Shown here: positions 51,834 through 64,000 of the stretch, piece by piece
How positions within the stretch are numbered: the stretch's first letter is position 1
Layout: each line of letters starts with the position of its first letter
NCBI GenBank assembly: GCA_964016885.1
Contig: OZ024741.1
Coordinates: 56,916,001-56,980,000, forward strand
Source of the DNA: Eledone cirrhosa
Taxonomy: Eukaryota
Length of the DNA stretch: 64,000 bases
Reading direction: 5' to 3'
Made by a program: the position numbers and the translations under genes
The notes under the pieces: generated by a model
Databases searched by the model: none
What the model was told of the DNA's origin: nothing
Seen by the model: only the letters and a program-made list of their open reading frames with translations

Positions 51834-53100
51834 TTAAAAAAAACTGCATTCTACAACAGCTGTCACTTGGCATTGTCTCAGAACTGCATATTCCACGGAT
51901 GAAATTTTAGGGTTCATTAATTGAATTATCAAATTGATTTGGTTTTTATTGAATCTAAAATCAATGTAATTCACGAAGGAACACGGGTCTTCGTTGAATT
52001 TCAATTCTTTGGAGCTTTTGTAAACATCGTAGATTGTGAAGGCTGTTGACTCGGCTTTCAAAATCAACTCTTTCAACTGCAGATTGAACAGATTTAGTTG
52101 AGGTTAGTCCTGTTCTCAGGATTTCGCACAGTCTCTTTCACTCTCTGCACCGAAATGCCTTCGTCCTCAAAACTCTCTGCAATTTCTGTAACTTCTGCAA
52201 GGTTCTTGGCATAGCAATTGCAGGCATCCAGCCAGCTCCCCACCTGATCACAATTGGTTGGCCAGGGGGTATTCGATTGTTTTGAATTTCTCTTGACAGA
52301 GTTTGTTTTTTACAGTAGCAGCCTTGACAGTGGCAGAATAGAAAGTCTTTCATTTTAGGGCACAGCTGTGCAGTAGGTGGGAGAAGTATGTTACATGGAA
52401 GAACTTAGGGTACATAACTTACAATGTTTCTCCAGCAGCTACCATTTATCGAGCAGCATCAGACAATAGTAGGAAAATATTTTCTCTTGGAACCGCTATA
52501 CTTCTTAGCAAACCATCGATGATCTAAGAGATGATTGCAGCAGCTAGAGCTGATTCAAGTGGCAAAGAGTCTATTAAGAACGTTTTTTGATGATTTTTAA
52601 TTGAATTAATAAGTACACTGACAACTTTTTTGTCAACGACCTCATTTTCATCAATAATTAGAAATACATTTTGATTAGCCAGGCAGCTCTTGCAATTTTC
52701 AACCGTGTTTGCACTAAGCATCTCAACATATTTTTGGCAGATAGATTGAGATAGCAGTGATAGCAGATAGAATCGAAGAGACCTCTCAAACCTAGATTAG
52801 TGAGCTTGTGCAAAGGAATGTCGGCTTCAAAGAATGCCTTGGTTGCACCCCAAGATTTATTGTTTTGGGTAAATTTAAATGATTTGATAGATGGCTGTTC
52901 AATATTAGTAGTCTTTTAAAGATAGTTTTGATATTTTTGGCTCATTCTATGCGACTTAACGAAATACCTTTTATCGCATTTGATATCAACGTGGCACAGT
53001 TTGCTGTGCAACTGGTTATTGCGAGTCAATATAAATTCTTTTGAGAATTTTTCTGTAAATTCAAGGGCTTTTGCCTTCTGACTTGTTTTGGCTTTGGCAT
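51834..53100 (-). pseudogene. Decayed hAT-related (CGGBP1-like) transposase
   Basis: EADIPLHKL; VFLIIDE; FLLLSDAAR*MVAAGETL*VMYPKFFHVT..HLLH; ..VECSF; multiple stops and frameshifts; possible degenerate TIRs at 51319 and 53812. Confidence 0.75.
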
Positions 53101-54077
53101 AATAATCAAAATTAAAATTACTTGAAACAGGAAAAAGCAGCTAAATAAGTCAATGACAAAAGAATTCTACAATCAACTTCAAAAAGATCCAACAATGTAA
53201 CAATTAATCACAGATAATAACAGATAAAAATTTACATAATAGGTAACAGCAAATTTAAACGATACATAAAAATATATATCGAAATATTATTGAGAAACAG
53301 ATGGCAAACTGCATATTTGTGTATAGGGAAAATAATTGCAAGAAAAAAAAGATACTTTCGATGATAAGTTTAAAATTCCTAAATAACAGGTGCAAAAAAT
53401 TAAAACTGTAAGTAAATACACTTACAATTGGATGGTAATAAATGATTTTATTCCTAAACTGGCCTGTTTTATGGATCTGAAAAAAGGGAAATAATCAATA
53501 TTAGTGATTGGTATCGATCACCAATAACCAATATTGGTAAAATTACCTCAAAATAAGAAAACTATACAGAAAAACTATACAGACATGCTAGACTTTCGTT
53601 TGACCCCAAATGACTGGACGCATATGGTGTCAAATAATTTTACACATCAAAGGGTAATGACAAGCCATAGAGAGTGCTAAAAATGACTCCGAAGTGTAAG
53701 TCCAATAAAACCGCTCTATTAAAATCTAGCAGAAATATATATAAAATTTAGGTTTAATCAATACACAAAAATATATGTTAATGAATTTATTTATTCCTTT
53801 CAGTCTCAACTAGAAAAGATTTTTTTTTAGTGAAATTTCGTATTTTAACCTTATTTTAAGTTTATTGGATGATTTTAACATTATTAACTTTAAAAAGAGA
53901 TTAATTACGATGATTAATCGTAAAAAAAGTTTTTTCATCTTCGGTTTTAACCTTAAAATGAATATTTTTATTAATTTTAACTTTTTGGCAAAGAATTGCC
54001 TTAAATGATACATTTGTGCTAGCGCTGTATATTTAACATGTGTCGTTAAATACACGCGCGCGCTCTCACACACACAT

Positions 54078-54141
<64 letters not shown>

Positions 54142-54142
54142 G

Positions 54143-54176
<34 letters not shown>

Positions 54177-54447
54177 AACATACATACATACATACGTACA
54201 TACATACATATATATATATATAACCCCGTAGAGCAAATATTTATTACCACAGATTAAAAGTTTAAGCAAGCAGAGATTGTTTGCTTATATATATATATAT
54301 AGAGAGAGAGAGGGGGGGGTGACATATACCCACGCATAAATATACACATATATACATACATACACATACATAAAATTCTGTTTGGTGGGAACTTTATTTT
54401 TCGTTTCGTTTAGATATCTCTTTCGTGGAAATTCGAATGTGTATATA

Positions 54448-54572
<125 letters not shown>

Positions 54573-54605
54573 ATATGTATATATATATATTTGTGTGTGT
54601 ATGTG

Positions 54606-54648
<43 letters not shown>

Positions 54649-54767
54649 ATATATAGTAATAATAAATATGAAAACTAAAATCCGAAGAAGATCCCGTTAT
54701 GGGTGAAAACAGTGATTCTTTGCTTAAACTTAAATCTGTTCTTATAATAAATAAATATATATGTATA

Positions 54768-55026
<259 letters not shown>

Positions 55027-55516
55027 ATATATATATATATATATATATTCAAGACGGTGGATTTATTCACTCTTTCTGTCGGTCTACCAACTTCACCTTG
55101 AATTTGGCAACCTGTAGCTAATACAGAAGGCACGTACCCAAAGTGCGGCAAAGAGAGATCGAAGCCAGTGTCCTATGGCTGCGAAGTGACCTTTTATAGC
55201 TGGTTATTAATAGGTTATCTTCAAAGTGTTATATAGTGTAGTGCTGTATATATGTACTGTGTTTATAGGTAAGTCAAAGGAGGTTTCTCTTGATCAATAT
55301 ATTTTTATTGCCATAAGTAGGTAAAATGATCTCTCGATAACGGAAAAAATATAAATATTTATTGATCCCGTACCACGATAGCGATAAAAAGATTAGATTT
55401 CTTTTAGTTTCGTAATTAAATTTACCTACCAATTGGTGATTATTCTTATGAACGTTTTCGTATATAGTTAGTAAAAGAAGAAAAAGATGATGATGATAAT
55501 AATCATAATAATAATA

Positions 55517-55668
55517 ATTGTTTCTACTTTTGGCACAAAGCCAGCAATTACCCCGTAAGGATGAAAGGCAAAGTTAACCTCGGCGGGATTTGAACTCAGA
55601 ATGGAAAGGGCCGTAACTCTTTGCGTCAAGGCATGGCGTCCGACCCTCTACCGATACTGCCAATCCAC
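55517..55668 (-). mobile_element. S1 SINE copy
   Basis: Very similar to the 14620-14790 unit, with an internal deletion. Confidence 0.85.
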
Positions 55669-57382
55669 GGCTCTTCCGTCAGTGTCGGCGATAAACATAC
55701 ATCATTTGATAAGTTAAACGTACAAATCGTAAATTAACAGACATTTGTAATCTCTAATTCCTAAACCGAAGCAGCATGGCACAATATGTGACATGGCTGA
55801 CTTTCACGCACAAAGCTTGGATCGATGCAAGGGTGTGGTAATGACTCTAGCCCAAGTTGCTACACAGTGGGATCGAACCAAGGACTTTATGATTGCAAAG
55901 CGATCTTCTAAAGCAGTCAGCCATGTTTGTGTCAGATAGGAGTCCGCTAAAAGCACCCAACGGCAAAGTCGTGCGTGGTGTTGAATCAAGAGACGAATTA
56001 ATTCTACCATCTAGGAGGGCTAGGGAGTTATGTTTTAAACCCAGAACCTAAAACGTCGGAACAAGTAGCACTAAGCATCTCATCCTGCGCTCAAACAATT
56101 CTGCCAATCTACCGTCCTGGGGTTGTACTATTATTTTACTGGTACCGAAAGAGTGGAAGACAAAGTTTACCTCGGCGGGATTTCAACTCAGAGCGCAAAG
56201 AGCCAGAATAATAACCGCAAACTATTTTGTCCTACACTCTAAAGACTGCCAATTCGCCGCGTGTTTGGTTATGTTAATAGAAGTAGGTACCAGTGTATAT
56301 TACCTCCAATATTAAATATTCATATGTTTTGTAATACTGCTAGAATAATATAAAAAAGACTGCTTTATACATATTTATTACTCTTTTCAGACATTCGTGA
56401 TTACTTTTCAGAAATTTATATTTTCTATTGGAATTTGTAACATATACCTTGATCTTTTTCATATTTCAAGTTATTTATTGATATATTTAGCACAAGTGTC
56501 GCAAGAAAACACCTGGCAGTATAGAGAAGTCTACTGTTTGAGACAAATATTTCTAAAAACAAATTGGTGGACTTCGAATAGTAATAATTTGGCGACCAAA
56601 ACGTTTGTACCAGCAATATACTGACTCAACTTCAATAGACTACAGGTCTTCATTACATAAACAGTATTTGTATAATCTTGAAATGTATTGTTATGATTGA
56701 GTGACATGTGATAGAGTATATGAGGCAATTCTATACAACAAGCGTTGTCTCGTGGTTGTGCTGATTGGTGGTCTATGATAGGTAATATTGAATTATTGAA
56801 TGGATTGAGACCAATTACTTTCCTCTTCGGCCAAATTCATCAACTTCTTCATGTTACTCTTCTAGAGGATGGGGGGGGAGGGGGTGGGGCTGACTTCAAT
56901 GAATTTATTAAAAGATGGCTGAGAGGGGTGTGAATGGACCTAGTTTCAGACAGGAGGACACAACTTTTCTTTGCGTTTTTTTTTGTACTTGTTTTCTTAT
57001 GTTTTATTCTATGTAAACTCGTTCATAAAGTAAACTTTTAAGAATGAGGTGATTTGTGTCACGGGCTTAGCTGGATCCAGCTAACAGTACTTGGAATGGA
57101 CCCTATCCGAAACGCTAGGTTAGTTTTTGGACTGTGTTGATAAAGGAGGAGCGCGAGACCAGCAACCATACCTCCATTAATTAAAATTGCTACAGAAATG
57201 ACGAACATATACCTGGCCTGGGATCAGGCCCGTGACAATCCTTGCAACCGTGCAGGATGGAGATCTCTCGTTGGTCAATGATCCGGTGAGGAGGAGGCTG
57301 GGATCTAAAAAAAAAAATGTTTACTTAAACGTGAACTTCTTTTGCTAGCGGTGAACTGGCAATTAGTAGAGCGTCAAACTAT

Positions 57383-57466
57383 TTTGTAACATTTGCTATA
57401 TGTTTTGTAACATTTGCTATATGTTTTGTAACATTTGCTATATGTTTTGTAACATTTGCTATATGT
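57383..57466. repeat. 21-bp tandem repeat x4 inside a SINE
   Basis: ttttgtaacatttgctatatg repeated four times. Confidence 0.9.
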
Positions 57467-58877
57467 TCAAATCCCACCGGGTCGACCTTGCTTTTTCATC
57501 CAAGGGCGGAGGATTTGCAGAATTGTTAAAGCGCCTGATGGGATGCCTTCTAGTATTCCTTTCGGCTCGGTATGTTCTGAATGTTCTGAGTTCAAATCTC
57601 TCCTCTTGTCTCCAGAAAAGACAGGAGATCCGACCGACCGACAAATATTAACAGCTATTAACGTCCAATGGAAACAGTTCCCTGGTCCGATCCAAGGATC
57701 AGCTCTTTCCTCCCCCACCCCCCTCCTCCAAAAAAGTAAACAAATATAATTATTACCCTACAATTAATGCTACAATTGTTACAGAATTATTTGAGTTGGT
57801 TGCATCCATTAAAATTTAGTTATAACAAACAATCTAAAGTTTGAATATTTTACGGTAGACTCTTTTCATCAGTATTCTCCCAGTTCTAAGTGGAACAAAC
57901 AATATTTCCGAAGTGTTCCAAACTCATTTCCTGCTTTAAACGTATTTCATATTAATTCCTGAAAATTTTCTTCAACATCCATTCCTTTTGGTTCAATTGT
58001 TAATGAAATAATTTCAAATATTTTCTAAGATTATGCTATTCCACATTTTTCCTTTTCAATTTAGTCAATTTCGTATCATTTGTTTTCTTCTCTTGTTCTG
58101 TCGTGTTTCAAAACGACTATACAATCTAGAATAATCTACTGACTATCTTTTTAATTATACATTTCGTTTTGATTATTATGACAACGTCAGAACGTCTGCT
58201 TTCAATTGGCAGATATTTCTTATTTTAATCTTCAGTTTATTATGTATTATTTTTTATCAATTCAATCTGCCTTTATCCGTTGATAGTTATTTCAGCAGTC
58301 ACGAATCACCGTAATCATGAATGTCACTAATTATAAATAGGCTCCCAGTAAGGATTAATATATTGTATTTAGATTTCGGTCAATTCAAAGCTATCCACAA
58401 CAAGCTCCACTTCAAATACATCGAAGAGAGTTCGTAATAAATCTAGTTACAAAACAATGGTTTCGTTAAGATGCTTGAGGCTTTGATTCTAGTTAGACTC
58501 CCACATTTAAAATGAGGTAGCAGTTGTGTGACCGATCTCACTCAGAATTCGTATCCAGGTAAATAATCCAGACAGATAGATGACGAACATAGTCCTGACC
58601 ATATCAGTCCTCTTTATCAACTTGTTTAACTGCACGGATCTGTTATATAAAGTTATAAATACAGAATATGAGTCAACCCATGATTATATTACTATTTCTT
58701 TGTGAATATAAATCTGAAAGCAAGTTCGGTTTTTCATTTCATTATTCCAGCGCGTCCCCGACTCACATACTATTAATCCTACTGTGCCAGAAGGAGCTGT
58801 TATGTTACCACACACTTACTATTCATTCTCTACGCTAACATTCTATCAATTGTTACTCTCAGTCTAATATATTTACT

Positions 58878-59150
58878 ATGTGTGGTTTAATGGTTAGGGT
58901 GTTCGGTTCACGATCGTGCGTTCGATTCCTGGAAGAGGTGGCACGTTGTGTTCTTCAGTAAAGTACTTTATTTCACGTTATTGTCAAATGACCAGCTTTG
59001 TTTCGCATTGTGTCATGCTGAATCTCCCTGAGAACTACGTTAAGAATGCACGTGTCTGTAGAATTCTCAGTCATTTACGCGTTAATTAAATGAGCAGGCA
59101 GTTCTGCTGATTGAATCAACTGCAGCACTCATCGTCGGAAACGACGGAGG
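58878..59150 (+). mobile_element. Degenerate tRNA-derived SINE (S2-like)
   Basis: tggtttaatggttagg..gttcgattcc..gttgtgttcttcagtaaagtactttatttcacg. Confidence 0.6.
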
Positions 59151-59814
59151 TCCAACAACGATATTAACTCTGCAGATGATAACACCCTTCATTCCACGAT
59201 ACCATTTCACACACAGTTGTCATCCACACCTTAACTTAAACATCCACACCTTAACTTAACCTAAATCGTGCACTGATTCCTTGAAAACATCATCCAGTTG
59301 GGATATGACAAACCTTCAAAATTGACAAAACTCAGTCATTACAAATAACAATTAATCGAACACATTGCACATCTTATACTGGTGAACATCACACAGCTGA
59401 AATTAGAAATGCTACTCTTCACAATCTTTGACCATATCTATAACTAATGGAATGGAATGGAATACAATGGATCTCCGTCGGCTTCGCCGATGAGTGTTTC
59501 ACTTGTTCGAACAACAGAACCACCTACACGTGTACCCATAACGATTCGGCGTGATGTATTATGTGACAACGCTGCACCTTTGAATTACGGTTTTTTTCCC
59601 TATCTTTCTTGACTAGAATTAGCCATTAACCCTTTCTTCCTTATATTTATAATGATAACACTTCCTCTGGTTTTCTATTAATTCTGAAAATGAAGAATTT
59701 GAAGGGATTTATATATGACTTTCTCGTTATCAAGATGGTATTTTGAACATAAAGGTTCATACATATATTATACATAGAATTATAACGGCAAGATAGATGG
59801 ATACCATCTTCTTC

Positions 59815-59970
59815 TTGAGAGTCAGAAGCATCCGTCTCCAACTGATCCGGCTGGATCCACAAGCGGGACCAGCCAAGCTCATGGATGTTATCCAACCATC
59901 TTGCTTAGAGTCTACCCCTGGGTCGCTTGCCTGTTGGTTTTGCTCGTAAAATCTGTCCAGCGATTATTTC
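59815..59970 (-). mobile_element. RTE LINE 3' fragment
   Basis: Homologous to 34560-34665 and 32360-32428. Confidence 0.7.
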
Positions 59971-62715
59971 CAAAATAGTTTTGTAATGTAGAACCAGGAT
60001 TGGTTTCAGGCGGTCTGATAATCAAAAGCGTTAAAATAATGATTTATTCTCCTCAGTACGGGTATGATTTGAAATAATAAAACTTTCTTGACACATTATA
60101 TTAAGTATGACAGCGTTGACTTTAGTATTTGAGTCTCCATCCAACAGGTGCCCTTAGATAATTTTCTCTAGGTCATTCTTTTGTTTATAATTCTACTTAT
60201 GCCTGACACATCATGTTTGGTGAAATATTACACAACTTTTTCCTGTTTAAATTGCTATTGAAATATTGTCTAAACTGCCTACTTACGTATGCATGTCAGT
60301 AGATTATGTTATATTATCTGGCCTGGACTCGACTTTGACATATTTTATAGTTTATTGTCTTTCAATGTTGTCTGCATATTTAACGTTTCATATCACCCTA
60401 TTGTTTTCTTCGTTAAGTTTTTAGTTCTATCTTCCAAGATAAGGTTGACTTTCATGTCACTGGAAATTATTATGGAAATTCGCTGTTGCTTTTGTTTCCA
60501 TTTTTTTTTTTTTTTTACGTTAATGGTCTGAACTTCTTCGATGTTTTAAAAATATTGTTTCTTCTTTTTGTTTGTTATTCTTGTATGATTTTCGAAACAT
60601 TTTTTATTAATTTATAGAAGCTAATAATGAGTTGTTGTTCTTTAGTTCTAGGCCAACATTGACTGAGAACTATGATCAAAAGCAATTTCATTTCGTCCTT
60701 CTCTCGGTCATTGTATATCTAGGTTTGTTACTCTAGAATGATTTTCGTACATTGTTTTTATTAATTTATAAAAGTTAGTTGGAAGTTATTGTTGTTGTTG
60801 TTGTTGTTGTTGCTGTTGTTGTTGTTGTATAACCCTGGGTTTTTCCTCACTGAATTAGCCCTACGATCTGAAGCATTTCAACCATGACTCTCCTGTGCTT
60901 CTATCGTGCATTGTATATCTAAATTTGTTCTCTTGTATGAATTTCTTAATATTTCAAAGCAGTAGGGTATACTTTGAGGGACGACTGGCTGCTATTTCTA
61001 GCAGATTCAATGAGCTTGGTAGTGATGTTCTGGAGATAACCCTACGTCTGGGAAGAAAGAGAATAGGAAAATATATTTCCTGTCTTTCTCCACCCCACCC
61101 CTACCTACAACAATCTCGACCTTAATTATTCCTCTCTGAATGTTTCCTGAATATTTAATGTCCTATTCTTTTCTTCCTTAGATTTTAGTCTTATCTTCCG
61201 GTGTTTTATTATTATCTTCCGACTTTTATGCCAGTGAAATTGTTATGGAAATCATCTTTAGTAACGACGATGACGGATTTTTTTTTCTTTGCCGTAAATA
61301 TTCTGAGGGTCCTCGTGATTTCAAAACCTTTATGTCTTATCTTATAGATGGTGAATTGGCAGAGTTGTTAGAACATCGAATAGAAATCTTTACTGGTATT
61401 CGTTCCAGCTCACTGCATTCAGTTCAAACCTGCTAATGTTAACTTGGTCTTTCATCCATTTGAGATCAATAAAACAGTACCAGTCCAGTACTGAGGTCGA
61501 TTCTACTTCAATATTTGCGCCCCCTCTCTTTCTCTCTCTCTCTCTGGTAGAAATGGGTTGTGTTGAGACCTTGTATGATTTTTGGAATATTTATTTTTAT
61601 TAACCTATATATGTTATTAGAGAGTTATTAATGTTGTTATATTTTAGCGCTAGGTCAGCTGTGACTGGGATTAGACCTATGATCAGAAGTATTTTAGCCT
61701 AGACCTTCTGGTCCTTCTCTCAGGTATTGCATAGCTAGACTATTATATGAATTGTGACCATTACTTTGTAAGATAGTAGGGTATAAATTAAGGGGAAATC
61801 AGATGCCAGTTCTATCAGGTTGTGTGAGCTTGGCAGATCTAGTAAAGGATCGAATTAAGACTCTTTACAGTATTTAGTTTGGTATCTCTACGTTATAACC
61901 ATTGTATTTTAATATATAGAGCCGATAGCAACAGGTGTGTTACGCACCATCAGTTAGCTTTCTGTCCGTCATTAGTTTTGAGAAACAAGGCATATTGCCC
62001 CATAAGCGCTACTCTGTTAGATGGAAAAATATCACTGTACATACTAGTTAGGTTACCTTTAGTTGTTGCTTTGAAAGCACAAGGAAGATTCTGCCCTTTT
62101 ATGGATACAGAAATAGGCACCGTTCAGCCTCGCCCGCTCTTGATTTGTAACAATACAAGCGAAATCATTCCTCACAGTTGCTACCATGTCACTCAAAACA
62201 AAACTTCCCCTATTAAATTTGGTGAGTTTACTTCGTTTGTCAAACTGTCCTATGGCTGGTGTTGCTCTTGTTGCAGCTACTACTGTTGCTGTCGTTATTG
62301 TCGTTCATAGTATCATTCAAATTGTTCGAATTCGTGTTTTTAAACGTTAAAATATTATTTTCTTCGTATAGATCTTGCTGCGAAATTAGTTTTGCTCTTT
62401 TAATTTTTTTGTTTGTTCTCGGTGTATATATACCCTATTTTTTCGCAGGGGGTCGTTTCTCTGCAAAAAAACCATCTTGAGTTAGATGTAAACAAAACAG
62501 AACAATACAATTATACCCCAGACAATTTATCTTCCCCGTTGTGGAATTAGACGTTCAAAGCATTCCAGGTGGTTCCCTGTTGAAAATTTTCCAAAAATTG
62601 TAATATATTCTATTCAGCTTTACTAGGTAAAATGTTCAAAAGCCCTGGAAAGTTTTGTAATACAACTACATACAGCAGCAGAAGCAACTACAAAAACAAC
62701 AACAATTATAATAAT

Positions 62716-62860
62716 GGTTTCTAATTTAGGCGCAAGGCCAATAATTTTGGGGGAGGGGAACGTAGATTGAATCGACCCCAGTGTGTTACCGGTATTTTAT
62801 TTTATCGAGCTCCTAAGGATGAAAGACAAAGTTAACCTTGACGGGATTTGAATTTACAGT
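62716..62860 (-). mobile_element. S1 SINE copy
   Basis: tttctaatttaggcgcaaggcc..atcgacccca..aggatgaaagacaaagttaacc..ggatttgaa. Confidence 0.7.
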
Positions 62861-62889
62861 TTGAAATACTACAAGACAATACTACGATC

Positions 62890-62970
<81 letters not shown>

Positions 62971-64000
62971 AGGAGGAGGGGAGAAGGAGGGGGAGAAGGA
63001 GGAGGAGGATGTCATGTTGAAATATTCTGTAAATCACTAGAGGTCGCCATGTTGGTTGATTAGTGTTGAAATTTCACATAGAAAAATATTTAAATTAGAA
63101 ATAATCCCTTCATGGTGAGTTGAGTTTTGGCTTTCTGAACTATTGAACTATTGATGTCTGTATTTTAGCTTGGTGCATTGCGAATTCTCTAATTAATATT
63201 TTAATAACATTTATAACACACTGTCATCTAAAACAAACAAATAATAATAATAGTTCCTCTGAGTTATTTATTGAAATTTTAACCGATTTTGCGCTAATTT
63301 ATACCACTTCGTTGGATCACAGGGAGAGCTTTATTCTTTCATTGAAATATTTGCACAAAAATAAATACGTGCATGTTCTTGACTAGTGGAAATGGTGGTT
63401 GACTCGTGATCATACGGTTGCAATTTCGATTTCCAGACCAGAAAAAGAAGTGAAGACTGGAAAAGAAGTGGGGTTTCTATTAATAAAGCACCGCGTACCC
63501 TTCTATGGGGTGCAATCTTATAGGAGGTCAGCTAAACATGCATTGGCGTGACCTGTAAATGTCATTTAAAAAAATAACTGCGGCTCTTTTATTGCAATGG
63601 GCAATATCCTTGCGGACTGGAATCCACGAAGCGTCTTCGATTATTTGCTGTAGCCAGTTTCGCTTTATCTTAAACATGACTCTGGCAAAGAAACTGACTT
63701 TACAAAAACCCCATTCTAAACCCGTACTAAGATTATTAGCATAGTGCTTGGTCAATAGTTGGAGATGCCTATAACGAAACATATTCCTTGATAGAGTACT
63801 AAAATGTTGCAGATAACTTTCAACAGAAAATTCAGAAATCAACCTCGGAGAATATCCTAACTCCAACACGAGCCACGCGGAGGCACAGAAACCTCATCTC
63901 CGAAGTTCCCAACGGATTCCATAATAATGGATGTTTCATCCGAAATATATTGGGACTAATGAATATTTCCAAAATAACATTATCTCAGATTCTTGTTTTT

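Noticed and set aside
51319-53812. Intact autonomous hAT element or domesticated CGGBP1-like gene
   Set aside because: Multiple stops and frameshifts, weak TIRs and no matching 8-bp TSD
63528-63869. 113-aa minus-strand ORF
   Set aside because: No recognisable motif; length is within chance expectation

Overview
AT-rich, microsatellite-dense eukaryotic non-coding DNA with no intact protein-coding gene that I can support. The SINE complement looks like an octopus/cephalopod genome (recognition from memory, not a search). Nearly all ORF-track entries are translations of simple repeats. The window is a patchwork of tRNA-type SINEs, decayed LINEs (RTE, Tx1/L1, R4/Dong-like), DNA-transposon relics (hAT, Tc1/mariner, Helitron) and many Penelope-like element (PLE) ends lodged in (TA)n. 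At least 15 minimal type-I hammerhead ribozyme (HHR) motifs from about 9 sequence families can be read directly. Most notable are two divergent families of non-coding 0.4-0.5 kb tandem elements (24.5-25.6 kb and 29.2-29.9 kb). Each couples an intact HHR to a conserved octamer / PSE-like block / TATA cassette with identical spacing, which suggests retrozyme-like RNAs carrying their own U6-type (type 3 Pol III) promoter. A second system is a 1.9-kb ORF-less HHR repeat family with fixed end-points and a duplicated internal structured motif.
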